DNA of 26,175 nt from a virus (lineage: Duplodnaviria; Caudoviricetes). Numbering within the stretch: position 1 is the stretch's first letter; each line of letters opens with the position of its first letter. Location: positions 1-26,175 of the IMG/VR virus record IMGVR_UViG_3300025653_005355, one strand, 5' to 3'. Both the position numbers and the translations under genes were made by a program. The notes below the pieces were generated by a model. It did no database searches. It saw only the letters and a program-made list of their open reading frames with translations, and was not told the DNA's origin. This document shows positions 15,391-24,186 of the stretch, one piece after another.

Positions 15391-16725
15391 ATGGCAGATA
15401 CCAGCCGCATCAAGGAGTTGCAGTCCGCGCTCCAAGAGAAGACCGCCGAAAACAAGGCGATCGCCGATTCGTTCAAGGTCGAGGAAGGCGTGGTCGTCGT
15501 TGACGCCGCGCAGAAGTCCGCTTTCGACCAGAACATGAAGGACATCAAGGAAATCAAGAGCCTCATCGCTGGCCTTGAGAGCCTCAACGAGGTCGACCAG
15601 TGGGGTTCCTCGCAGGCCGACGAGAGCGTTGCCGCCAAGGCTGCCGCTTTCGAGTCGGTTCGCGAAGAGGTCGCTCACAAGTTCGGCACCGTGGGCGAGG
15701 CCTTCCTTGAGTCGGAAGAGTTCAAGAGCCTTCAGGGCGGCAAGAACGGTGCGAACATGCACTCGCCGTTCCAGTACAAGGGTGCTCTCACCACCGCTAA
15801 CGGTTACAACGTCAAGGACATCTACTCGGCCATGCCTTCCGGCACCCCGGGTCAGTTTGGTTCGATCCAGCGCGATCCGATCGTGATCCCGCCGCAGCGC
15901 ACCAAGCGCGTCCGTGACCTGTTCCCGGTTCGCACCACCTCGGCTGCGATCATCGAGTACTTCCGCATGACCGGCTTCACCAACAACGCGGCGACCGTCG
16001 CGGAGCGTGGCACTGAGGGTGGCAACCCCGTCTTCGGCGCCAAGCCGCAGTCGACGATGACCTTCGAGGGCGTGCAGGCCCCCGTTCGGACCATCGCGCA
16101 CTGGGAGGCTGCTCACCGCAACGTGCTCGCCGACGAGCCGCAGTTGCGTTCGATCATCGACAACGAGTTGATGTACGGCCTCCGTCTTCAGGAGGACGCT
16201 CAGATCCTCGACGGTGACGGCACTGGTGAGAACCTGACCGGCGTCCTTCAGACCACGGGCATCCAGACCTATGACTGGAGCGACGGCGCTCTGACCCCGG
16301 TTCCGGACACCAAGGCTGACGCGATTCGTCGCGCCGCTACCCTCGCGTTCCTCGCCTACTACGAGCCGACCGGTGTCGTTCTTCACCCGAACGACTGGGA
16401 GGACATCGAGTTGACGAAGGACAGCAACGGCCAGTACCTCGTCGCCGTGTCGGTCGCCCTTGGTGGCGAGCCTCGCGTGTGGCGCATGCCGGTCGTCGAG
16501 ACCCCGGCCATCAGCGAGGGCACCGCTCTCGTCGGTGCGTTCGGTACCGGCGCCCAGTTGTACGACCGTGAGCAGGCGAACATCCGGATCTCCGAGCAGC
16601 ACTCGGACTTCTTCGTTCGCAACGCGATCGTCGTGCTCGCTGAGCAGCGTCTGGCCCTCGCGGTCAAGCGTCCGGAGGCCTTCGTGAAGATTGACTTCAC
16701 CAACGGCGGCCCGGTCGCTCCCTGA
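15391..16725 (+). CDS. Major capsid protein, HK97 fold, with N-terminal coiled-coil delta/scaffold domain
   Basis: 444 aa. RVRDLF, VAE, KPQS..FE...APVRTIAHW, EDAQILDGDG, LHPNDW, F.RN..V.LAEQRLALAV.RPEAF are typical HK97-family motifs. Strong C/G third-position bias. Confidence 0.95.
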   Translation: MADTSRIKELQSALQEKTAENKAIADSFKVEEGVVVVDAAQKSAFDQNMKDIKEIKSLIAGLESLNEVDQWGSSQADESVAAKAAAFESVREEVAHKFGTVGEAFLESEEFKSLQGGKNGANMHSPFQYKGALTTANGYNVKDIYSAMPSGTPGQFGSIQRDPIVIPPQRTKRVRDLFPVRTTSAAIIEYFRMTGFTNNAATVAERGTEGGNPVFGAKPQSTMTFEGVQAPVRTIAHWEAAHRNVLADEPQLRSIIDNELMYGLRLQEDAQILDGDGTGENLTGVLQTTGIQTYDWSDGALTPVPDTKADAIRRAATLAFLAYYEPTGVVLHPNDWEDIELTKDSNGQYLVAVSVALGGEPRVWRMPVVETPAISEGTALVGAFGTGAQLYDREQANIRISEQHSDFFVRNAIVVLAEQRLALAVKRPEAFVKIDFTNGGPVAP

Positions 16726-16766
16726 TCTAGGGAACATACTTGGCGGTGAATAACCGCTACGGATCA

Positions 16767-16800
16767 GCCCCCGGGGTAAAACCCGGGGGCTTTTCCTTTG
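16767..16800 (+). terminator. Rho-independent terminator after the capsid gene
   Basis: GCCCCCGGG-gtaaaa-CCCGGGGGC perfect 9-bp stem followed by TTTTCCTTTG. A second hairpin (tggcggt-gaata-accgcta, 16741-16759) precedes it. Confidence 0.9.
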
Positions 16801-16814
16801 TGTAAAATAGTGTT

Positions 16815-16988
16815 GTGGCAAAGAACAGCAACGCCGACAACGATTACTGGGAAGAGTACCGCCGATACGGCAAAGATTTCCGTGGCTCAGCAGAAGAACT
16901 CGAAGATCTTGCAACCGAGGATGACAAGCACGTCAGAATTGAAAGAAAAAAGCAAGCGCTTCGATACGTAGATGAATCAGGAAACTGA
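16815..16988 (+). CDS. Small hypothetical protein (57 aa, MAKNSNADNDYWEEYRRYG...), not in the ORF track
   Basis: GTG lies 6 nt after TAAAAT (16803-16808), a leaderless geometry. TGATG overlap with the nuclease gene. Confidence 0.65.
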   Translation: MAKNSNADNDYWEEYRRYGKDFRGSAEELEDLATEDDKHVRIERKKQALRYVDESGN

Positions 16989-17344
16989 TGTTCACGTACA
17001 GAGCCAAAGTTGAGCGTGTCGTAGACGGAGATACTGTTGATTTGATTCTCGACCTCGGCTTTGACATTCATTACTCTTGCCGGGTCCGTCTCCTCGGAGT
17101 TAATGCTCCAGAATCCCGCACCAAAGACCTTAAAGAAAAAGAAAAAGGTTTAGCCGCAAAAGCATACGTGCAGGACTGGTTTGATGGCCACCCAGAGGTT
17201 TACGTACAGACGTACAAAGATGCAAAGGGAAAGTACGGGCGGATCCTCGCAAATATTTTCGCCGACATGAGCCTAGAAGTCTGCCTCAACGAACAACTCG
17301 TTGACAGCGGCCACGCAGTTGAGTACTTTGGCGGCAAGCGATAA
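16988..17344 (+). CDS. Staphylococcal-nuclease (SNase/thermonuclease)-like protein
   Basis: VVDGDT, VRLLGVNAPES, GKYGRILA, LNEQLV..GHA motifs. Confidence 0.9.
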   Translation: MFTYRAKVERVVDGDTVDLILDLGFDIHYSCRVRLLGVNAPESRTKDLKEKEKGLAAKAYVQDWFDGHPEVYVQTYKDAKGKYGRILANIFADMSLEVCLNEQLVDSGHAVEYFGGKR

Positions 17345-17616
17345 TGAGCGACACTCCCGGCTGGTGGGTTGATCCCAGCGACATGGAGTGGGAGTTGGAC
17401 GGAACGCCGAAAAAGGCGATCATGATTAAACGGCTACGAGAAAACGTGAAAATTATCTCGCTGATGCCGTTGACCTCCGACGTATACGGGTGCTACCCAT
17501 GCGAGGTCTACTGGATAGATGGCCCTGAGTGCTGGTCTTGCGGTGAACAAGGAATTCTTCTTGCCACCGCACAGACCAAACCACAGATGGTGAAAGACGC
17601 CCACCGAACTATTTGA
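17344..17616 (+). CDS. Hypothetical protein with C-terminal CxxC...CxxC zinc ribbon
   Basis: CYPC...CWSC. TAATG overlap with the upstream gene; converges on the RNR gene. Confidence 0.65.
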   Translation: MSDTPGWWVDPSDMEWELDGTPKKAIMIKRLRENVKIISLMPLTSDVYGCYPCEVYWIDGPECWSCGEQGILLATAQTKPQMVKDAHRTI

Positions 17617-19534
17617 TCGGGCACGCTCCCGTCGCACAATCGTCCATAACCACCTCATCAGTGAACGACGACTGCACCAACGGAACGGTGAAATCGATCT
17701 TCGACAGCATCTTCTGATACTCCTCCTCAGTGCACTCCTCGTACGGAGGCATCGGGAAGTTGTGATCGGAGTGAAGCAAGAACGACACCGACTTCAAGCC
17801 GTTCGTATAGTTCTTGGACAGCCACTCTTTGATCTCATCCAGTTCGTGCAAGCGGTAGTAGACAGTCACGGACACAGCGTTATCTGCCCACTCCGTCTGC
17901 ATACGCTTGACCCACTCCAACTGGTCCACAGCCGTCATATCGGCGGCCAGAACGGCGTCTGCTGGCGATTCACAGGGGAATTCGACAACATACCGGGTGC
18001 GGTCTTCACGACCATCAATACCCACATCGAACTGGACGTTGTAGCCACGACGACGACATGCATCAACAAGCGGATCAGAGGAACCGAACCGAACTCGGCG
18101 GATGTAGTGGCGGGCGAACGCAGGATGCACGCCCGGGGTAACACCCGGAAGAAGAGCCAACGTCCCTGAAGGCTGAACGGTTGTCAAGCGGACGCTTTCC
18201 GGGAAATCGTGTTCTGTCGAATACTTCTCATCCAACTCACGCAGAGCAACATACGTCGGGTCCATCCACGACAACTGCTCGGTCGAAGCCTGCAGAACGC
18301 CTGTGATTGACTGCCCCAAGCGAGCGTTCTTGCGAACAATTTTCGTTGTCTTCTCGTAAGGGTATTCGAGACGGGTGATCTGCTTTTGGCACATGTAAAG
18401 AAGACGGGAAATCTCTTTCATCTGCTTCAATGACTCGACGTTTGGCAAGAAAATCGTTGAGAGGTTGCAAGATTCACCATCCCCCAGCGCGATCTCCGCA
18501 CAAGGGTTGTAGCCCTCAATGGAGTTGTCTGTGCGCTTCTCTCCGAGACGCCCGTACCTGCGGGCCAACTTGCGGTTAACGAGGCCGTAGGGCTCTCCAG
18601 AGCCGTCGTAGCCGCCCCAGACTTCGGGCATGATCTCGTCCCACGAGTCGGCATAAATCGAGTTGTTCGAGTTGGCGCGCCACGCTGGAATCTCACCGCT
18701 CGCCCAGTTCTTGGCTCGAAGGAACAACACGTCGTCAGGGTCACCAATTGCGATCTGCGCTGAACGGCGAGAAGAACCAGAGACAACGATACGACCGATG
18801 ATGTTGCAAATATCGAGCACGTCGATTGAACGCAACTTTTTGCCAGCCCGATTTTCCAGCACTTTGCAGATGTCTTCGATACCGTCGATGAGGGCGCCCG
18901 GACCTGACGCTGTGCCGCCGAACTTCTTCAACGGAGCGCCGTACTCACGGATGAGCAAAGTGGAGTAAGAGAACGATTTGCCCGTGTAGAAGTACGACTT
19001 CAGCACGGAGTGAACGAGACGTGACCAGCCCTGACGAGAGTCGGGGACGATGATGTCAGCGTCGTTCGTTTTTTCATGAGTGATGCTGACCCCAGACTTC
19101 ACCTTGGGCAGTTCGTGGATTTTGGATCGCTCCACAGAGAACCCGACGCCCCCACCGAGCATGAGATGGTCGAACAGGAATTCAAAGTCTTCGATGGTCT
19201 CAATGTTGATGAAGTAGCAGTTGTTCAGCGACGCAGCATTGAACTGCTGAACCAGAGGTGTTCCCAATTGCCAGAGGGCGCGACCAGAGAACGAGCAGCG
19301 CAGGTTGAACATGTGGTCGAAAAGTGTTTCGGCTTCCTTCTGGGTGTATGGAACGCCGATTTCGATGGCGCCGTTGATGACACGTTGGACTGTCTCGGGC
19401 CATGTCTCGATCTCGCCGTTTTCCTTAGGGCGAGAATAGGTACGCAGGTAAACGATTTCACCCATTCCATTGAAACCCCACGGGGGCGTCTTTAGGGCGT
19501 AAGAGGCTACAAATTCATCAGTAAGCAGGGTCAT
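17609..19534 (-). CDS. nrdJ: Class II (adenosylcobalamin-dependent) ribonucleotide reductase, monomeric RTPR type
   Basis: YLRTYSR, SGR, LNNC, LMLGGGVG, RRSA, NPCAEI, ESCNL, VQPSGT and C-terminal CATGACPIK. No small-subunit gene nearby. Start placed at 19534 (MTLLTD), which has GGAG upstream. Confidence 0.92.
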   Translation of the reverse strand: MTLLTDEFVASYALKTPPWGFNGMGEIVYLRTYSRPKENGEIETWPETVQRVINGAIEIGVPYTQKEAETLFDHMFNLRCSFSGRALWQLGTPLVQQFNAASLNNCYFINIETIEDFEFLFDHLMLGGGVGFSVERSKIHELPKVKSGVSITHEKTNDADIIVPDSRQGWSRLVHSVLKSYFYTGKSFSYSTLLIREYGAPLKKFGGTASGPGALIDGIEDICKVLENRAGKKLRSIDVLDICNIIGRIVVSGSSRRSAQIAIGDPDDVLFLRAKNWASGEIPAWRANSNNSIYADSWDEIMPEVWGGYDGSGEPYGLVNRKLARRYGRLGEKRTDNSIEGYNPCAEIALGDGESCNLSTIFLPNVESLKQMKEISRLLYMCQKQITRLEYPYEKTTKIVRKNARLGQSITGVLQASTEQLSWMDPTYVALRELDEKYSTEHDFPESVRLTTVQPSGTLALLPGVTPGVHPAFARHYIRRVRFGSSDPLVDACRRRGYNVQFDVGIDGREDRTRYVVEFPCESPADAVLAADMTAVDQLEWVKRMQTEWADNAVSVTVYYRLHELDEIKEWLSKNYTNGLKSVSFLLHSDHNFPMPPYEECTEEEYQKMLSKIDFTVPLVQSSFTDEVVMDDCATGACPIK

Positions 19535-19592
19535 TGGGTGCTCCGTTTGTTTAAATTGGTTTGCCGGGTCCGTTTGCAGCACCCGTTAGAAG

Positions 19593-19598
19593 ATTGTA
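19593..19598 (-). promoter_or_regulatory. Putative -10 element (TACAAT) for the RNR gene
   Basis: TACAAT on the minus strand in the 19535-19622 intergenic gap, ~58 nt upstream of the ATG. Confidence 0.5.
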
Positions 19599-19622
19599 GC
19601 GCGTCGCAAAATACTGAAAGCG

Positions 19623-19970
19623 TTAAGCCAATCCTAGATTTCGCGCTTCCTCCAGAGGAATGTGCTTTCCGGCAGGATATTTGAGGACTTTAGTTTTTGT
19701 GAATGGGGTTATTTGTTTTTCTTCCCAGATGTCCTCCTCCACCAGAAATGTTTGAGTCCCCACAAGTGACTCGATCTCGTTAAATCCGGCAATGTGATCT
19801 GGCGGTCCAAGTTCGCCAGCGCAGTTGCCGTTTGGTTCTCCGCAAACCGGGCACGGTTCGCCGGTGGCTCGTGACACACGGATTTCACGACCGCCGACCC
19901 AAACTGTGTCAGCGCGACGCCCGATGCCAAAACCCCCGTCAAAACCAATCATTCCCCCATCGTACACCAT
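19623..19970 (-). CDS. Hypothetical protein with CPVCG...C motif
   Basis: 115 aa ORF co-directional with its neighbours; CPVCGEPNGNC. Start uncertain. Confidence 0.65.
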   Translation of the reverse strand: MVYDGGMIGFDGGFGIGRRADTVWVGGREIRVSRATGEPCPVCGEPNGNCAGELGPPDHIAGFNEIESLVGTQTFLVEEDIWEEKQITPFTKTKVLKYPAGKHIPLEEARNLGLA

Positions 19971-19975
19971 CGGTG

Positions 19976-20605
19976 TTACATGAAAATTTGCGTATTGAAG
20001 CCGTTTTCTCCGAGCGCTTCAAGAATTCTGAACCGCTCATCTTCGTCCGGATCTTCGTAATCCGCACGCAGCGACATGGCCATCATAGCGGGGAACGGCG
20101 AGTCGCGCAAAATTTTCCCAACTCCGCGTGTGTAGGCAAGGCTATCTGCCCACAAAATGAATTTATCGGCTAGATACTGATAAGGTGCACTTATTAATGT
20201 TGCTTCAGGATCATAACCATCGGGCAGTGTCACGTGCGTTACCGTGAGGCATTCAGCGATGTTCGGGTCACCGGCAGCAAACGACTCGGCCATCGTTTTC
20301 GTCCTTGGGATCTCCGGCGTTTTGTTATGATAACCCTCGGCCACCATCGTTAGTTCATCGCAACCAAAGTAAGCACCCATCACATGAAGCGCACCCGACG
20401 AGATAGAAAACCTCTCCTCAATCGAGTTTTTCATTCGATCCCGCTTCATCTGAACAATCATTGCCAGACGATCGTCAATCCATCCGATAAAATTAAAAGG
20501 AACGTCTTCACCGACGCCAAATTCAGCAACCAAAGACTCCTTGGCGACCTGCGCACTAGACAGCGCAAGCGCTAACTTGGAATATGTGTCGGGGTAGAAA
20601 TCCAC
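19976..20605 (-). CDS. Hypothetical protein (~209 aa)
   Basis: Long ORF filling the gap. Start placed at GTG 20605, 8 nt after minus-strand TATTGT (20614-20619). Confidence 0.7.
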   Translation of the reverse strand: MDFYPDTYSKLALALSSAQVAKESLVAEFGVGEDVPFNFIGWIDDRLAMIVQMKRDRMKNSIEERFSISSGALHVMGAYFGCDELTMVAEGYHNKTPEIPRTKTMAESFAAGDPNIAECLTVTHVTLPDGYDPEATLISAPYQYLADKFILWADSLAYTRGVGKILRDSPFPAMMAMSLRADYEDPDEDERFRILEALGENGFNTQIFM

Positions 20606-20651
20606 ACAAAGGAACAATAGTCGAAAAATCAAACAGGAAGATGAACCTCAA

Positions 20652-20948
20652 ATGAGCACCAATAAGAAAAAGACGCCGGCCAAGAAGACGCCAGCCAAGA
20701 AGACCCCGGCAAAGGCCACAGCCGCGAAAAAGGCGCCTGCTAAGAAGTCACCCGCGAAGAAGGCGCCCGCCAAAAAGAACCCGCCAAAGCAAAAGCCAAC
20801 CGGGCCTTACGCCGAGGCACCCAAGCCCAAGACCGCCACAGAGCCAGCACCAGCACCAGCACCAGCACCAGCCGTCGAAATTACCGAAGAAATCATCTTG
20901 GAGAAGCCGTCATGGATCGCTCGCCTCGTGACGAAGTTCAAGAAGTGA
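20652..20948 (+). CDS. Histone H1-like Lys/Ala/Pro-rich protein with amphipathic C-terminal helix
   Basis: Repeats of KK[TAS]PA, a PAPAPAPA tract, and the tail PSWIARLVTKFKK. AGGAAG upstream. Confidence 0.75.
   Translation: MSTNKKKTPAKKTPAKKTPAKATAAKKAPAKKSPAKKAPAKKNPPKQKPTGPYAEAPKPKTATEPAPAPAPAPAVEITEEIILEKPSWIARLVTKFKK
20844..20872 (+). repeat. (CCAGCA)n hexamer tandem repeat encoding Pro-Ala
   Basis: ccagcaccagcaccagcaccagcaccagc, almost 5 units, in frame. Confidence 0.9.
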
Positions 20949-21064
20949 ACAACGAGGACGCAGAGGAAATCATCCGTCTGGCGTCAATATTTTCCGGAGT
21001 GCCAAAACGGCAAATGACCCTTCAACGGGCGAAACGAATTCTGAAACGCCAAAAAGGTAGGTAG
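20945..21064 (+). CDS. Small basic hypothetical protein (39 aa, MNNEDAEEIIRLASIF...), not in the ORF track
   Basis: GTGA overlap with the upstream stop; ends 2 nt before the next ATG. Confidence 0.5.
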   Translation: MNNEDAEEIIRLASIFSGVPKRQMTLQRAKRILKRQKGR

Positions 21065-21066
21065 CG

Positions 21067-21747
21067 ATGTTTCTGCGGGTGCAGGACGACTTCATCCCAA
21101 GCGACCTGCTGGCAGCAGTAGACGCTGACCCCACGTTTTTCCCTGACGACATGTCCGGGCACGACAACATCGGCGAATACCTAAACGAGTTCCACGATAC
21201 GGAATGCGACTGCTACGCGCCGTACATGTTTTGGGACGGATGGTGGCGCTCGCCCGCAGACACGAATCGCAAAAAAGTTATCGAAGCGATTTGGTCTACC
21301 CCCGGCATCCTGCCGTATCCGATCGAAGACATCGTCGGTTTCGAATACTGGACACGCACGTTCGGTGTCGGCCAGTTCCTCGCTCCCCACTGCGACGAGG
21401 ACACGTTCCTGTATGCGAGCGACAAGATTTTCCATGGACCAAAAATTGGTTGCGTCTGGTACGGAACAAGCGAAGCGACCGGCGGTTTTTTGGAACTTCA
21501 CAACAGCGTCGTCCCCGAAGGCTCAGAGCAGTTGGAACGCGACGTCATCGATCAACACCTGTCGACGATTGACGAACGGGAGCGAATCAAGTACCGTCCG
21601 AACCGCCTCGTCGTTTTTGACGCCGGTCACCGGCTTCACGAAACAACAAGAACTTTGAGCGGCAAAAGGCAGGTGATGGTCATCAACGTGTGGCACAAGG
21701 ACTGCCCGCCTTCCGCTCTCCAAACCGGAGATTTCTTTACCGAATGA
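21067..21747 (+). CDS. 2OG-Fe(II) oxygenase
   Basis: FEYW, HCD (HxD), GGFLE, PNRLVVFD, LHE, RQVMVIN. Confidence 0.85.
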   Translation: MFLRVQDDFIPSDLLAAVDADPTFFPDDMSGHDNIGEYLNEFHDTECDCYAPYMFWDGWWRSPADTNRKKVIEAIWSTPGILPYPIEDIVGFEYWTRTFGVGQFLAPHCDEDTFLYASDKIFHGPKIGCVWYGTSEATGGFLELHNSVVPEGSEQLERDVIDQHLSTIDERERIKYRPNRLVVFDAGHRLHETTRTLSGKRQVMVINVWHKDCPPSALQTGDFFTE

Positions 21748-22391
21748 TTGACCTAGAACGCGTTTCGCTGATCGACCTCGGGATCTGGACTGGGAAAATT
21801 GATGACGTTGACCCGCTCCAGATCGCATCCGATATAAAAAACTACGCACAGACAATTGAGCAGGCATGCCCGGAGTACGGGATTATTTCCCGTGGCTTCG
21901 TTCAGTTCGAAGATCTCGTCATGCCAATCACCCCAGAAGTGGTCAAACTGCAGGAGGCCGTTCATGACCGGCTCAAACATTTGACCGGACGCGACTACAT
22001 GCTTCACGATACGTGGGCAGTTGACCTCGAATACAACCAGAGCGTCATCGCCCACTCCCACCACTCAAATCTTCACCTTCACCCACACGAATTCTTCAGT
22101 GTTACTTACTACCCGCAAGTACCAGAAGGGTCAGCGGAATTGGTGTTCAATGTTGATTACTGCGCGACAATGAGTAGCACTGTCAGCGTCAAACCAGAAG
22201 TTGGCACCGTAGTCATTTTCAACTCGTTCATCCAGCACATGACATCGCGACATAAAAGCCAAGATTCTCGGCTTGTAGTCAGTATGAACTGGGGTCCGGT
22301 AGAGCCAACACTCAGTCCGAATGCCGACTGGTCGGTATACTGGGAACGACCAATCGTTGATCAGCCAAAGAAACCTGATGAAAAGCAGTAA
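21744..22391 (+). CDS. 2OG-Fe(II) oxygenase, HxH type
   Basis: W, HSH, SVTYY, P..G..VIFNS...H, RLVVSMN. Start placed at the ATGA overlap at 21744. Confidence 0.8.
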   Translation: MIDLERVSLIDLGIWTGKIDDVDPLQIASDIKNYAQTIEQACPEYGIISRGFVQFEDLVMPITPEVVKLQEAVHDRLKHLTGRDYMLHDTWAVDLEYNQSVIAHSHHSNLHLHPHEFFSVTYYPQVPEGSAELVFNVDYCATMSSTVSVKPEVGTVVIFNSFIQHMTSRHKSQDSRLVVSMNWGPVEPTLSPNADWSVYWERPIVDQPKKPDEKQ

Positions 22392-23064
22392 ATCCATCCA
22401 TGTAAACGAGAATTTTTTGTCGAAAGACGAACTTTCTTTTTGGATGCGTTATTTTACGAAACCGGGTTTTTACAAACTGGCTGGCGAACACCTAGTTTTT
22501 GACCAACAGGCATTCCCATTGATTTTCCAAGACGTCGACGACCACGACGCGTTTTATAAAGGCGAAAGGGAATTAGTCAACCGGATTAACGAGGAAGTCG
22601 AAAACACGTTCGGCGAAAAAGTTTTATCTGACCACTCAATTTCGTTCCGCAAATGGGAAAAAGGTTTCCGCCTTGTAGAGCACAGCGACGCGTTTTACCA
22701 GCGTTACGAACTCGACTTACAAAACAAGTACCCAAACCGCCTGCCAATGGCGTTCAACGATTTCGCGACCATCTTGTACTACAACGACGACTATGAAGGT
22801 GGGGAAATTCGATTCCCGGATTGCGATTTGAAAATCAAACCGACACCCGGGATGCTGATCATGTTCCCCTGCACACATGTGCATGAAGTCCTAGAAGTAA
22901 CTGCGGGAGAGCGCTTCATGAGCGCCCACTTTTGGACACGATGCAAAACTGTCGCAATGGCAATCGCCCAACCCGACATGAGCAACTGGGAGTGGATTTA
23001 CCGAAACCCACAAGATGCCTTAAAAATGCTGGAACACACTGAATCCCGACCGCCAGAGGACTGA
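22378..23064 (+). CDS. Prolyl-4-hydroxylase-like 2OG-Fe(II) oxygenase
   Basis: HSD, ILYYNDDYEGGE, KPTPG.L.MFP, HEV..VTAGERF. Start placed at ATG 22378. Confidence 0.88.
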   Translation: MKSSKSIHVNENFLSKDELSFWMRYFTKPGFYKLAGEHLVFDQQAFPLIFQDVDDHDAFYKGERELVNRINEEVENTFGEKVLSDHSISFRKWEKGFRLVEHSDAFYQRYELDLQNKYPNRLPMAFNDFATILYYNDDYEGGEIRFPDCDLKIKPTPGMLIMFPCTHVHEVLEVTAGERFMSAHFWTRCKTVAMAIAQPDMSNWEWIYRNPQDALKMLEHTESRPPED

Positions 23065-23065
23065 C

Positions 23066-23809
23066 ATGGATCTACGCGAGGCTTACCCTCAACTTTACAT
23101 TTTCCCCAACTTCATCAGTGGAGATGAACTGTCCTTCTGGCAAAAAAATGTTCGCAATGAGGGCTTCTGGAATGAGATCCCCCCAAATGATCACCACGAA
23201 CAGTTAGATCAACCGAACCATTACTCCATCAACCCTGATGCCATGCACTGGCCTCACGTTGAGCGTAAAGAGTCTGAACTGGTTGGCAAGATCAACGCTG
23301 CCGTCGAACATAAATTCGGTGAAACGTTTTTGACCAACTCGACTTGGTATTTTCGCAAGTGGGTTGCCGGCATGGAGCAGGGGTTGCACCACGACTCCGC
23401 GCACGCTGATTGGACATTGGACTTCCGCCAAAAAGACGGAGACGGACAGACGCCAGCGGCGATCGCCTTTCACGACATAGCAACAATCTTGTATTACAAC
23501 GACGATTTTGATGGCGGAGAACTTTATTTTTACCGACCCGAACTGCAGATCAAGCCATCCGCCGGAATGCTCGTGATGATGCCATGCACCGACCCGTATA
23601 TCCACGGCGTCAGGAAAATCCTCGGTGGTGAACGATTCATTTCCGCCCATTTTTGGACTCGGGCCAAGACCGTCGCCATGGTCCAGCACGCAGAACTGGA
23701 CGACACGTGGCGCATGAAATGGCGCGACTGCCATAAGGTAGACCGGCTGGTGACAAACCCGGGCAACGAGGCTCCGGATGGATCAGAACCTCTACCGGAC
23801 GACGAGTGA
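23066..23809 (+). CDS. Prolyl-4-hydroxylase-like 2OG-Fe(II) oxygenase (paralog of the upstream gene)
   Basis: HHD, ILYYNDDFDGGE, HGV..ILGGERF. Shares SAHFWTRxKTVAM with 22378..23064. Confidence 0.88.
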   Translation: MDLREAYPQLYIFPNFISGDELSFWQKNVRNEGFWNEIPPNDHHEQLDQPNHYSINPDAMHWPHVERKESELVGKINAAVEHKFGETFLTNSTWYFRKWVAGMEQGLHHDSAHADWTLDFRQKDGDGQTPAAIAFHDIATILYYNDDFDGGELYFYRPELQIKPSAGMLVMMPCTDPYIHGVRKILGGERFISAHFWTRAKTVAMVQHAELDDTWRMKWRDCHKVDRLVTNPGNEAPDGSEPLPDDE

Positions 23810-23828
23810 AAATGGTATATTTGCCGTC

Positions 23829-24176
23829 ATGAGCGAATCAGTCGAAGATCTCCCAGCAGTCGAATCAGATCAGGTCGAGGCCGTCATGGATCTCGGCAGC
23901 CACTACCAAGGTGTGATTTTGCACACTGACGAGTGGGGCTCCTACGACATCCGATACGACAACAAGACGCTTCACGTCCTTAAGCCCGTACAGATGTTCG
24001 ACGATGACGGCAATGCGCTTTTCATGTACGAGATCATCGGGCACCACACAATCGAAGAGGACCTGCCGTTCCCGCTTGACCTTCCCACGATGGAGCGCTA
24101 CGCCCGCATCCTGATCACGCTCGTCAACACCGAAAAGCCCGACGAGGCGACTGAGGCCGACGAGGCATCTGAGTAA
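23829..24176 (+). CDS. Acidic hypothetical protein
   Basis: ATG 23829 lies 7 nt after an extended -10-like TGgTATATT (23813-23821), and this start avoids overlap with the upstream gene. Confidence 0.7.
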   Translation: MSESVEDLPAVESDQVEAVMDLGSHYQGVILHTDEWGSYDIRYDNKTLHVLKPVQMFDDDGNALFMYEIIGHHTIEEDLPFPLDLPTMERYARILITLVNTEKPDEATEADEASE

Positions 24177-24186
24177 TATTCGGTAG

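Noticed and set aside
15331-16914. 527-aa minus-strand ORF antisense to the capsid gene
   Set aside because: Shadow of the capsid gene's strong codon bias; no protein motifs; runs through the terminator.
17609-19534. Intein or intron in the RNR gene
   Set aside because: The ORF is continuous and compact (~641 aa) with no intein terminal motifs or homing endonuclease.
19535-19622. Cobalamin riboswitch or NrdR box upstream of the class II RNR
   Set aside because: The gap is only 88 nt, with no recognisable B12 box or NrdR palindrome.
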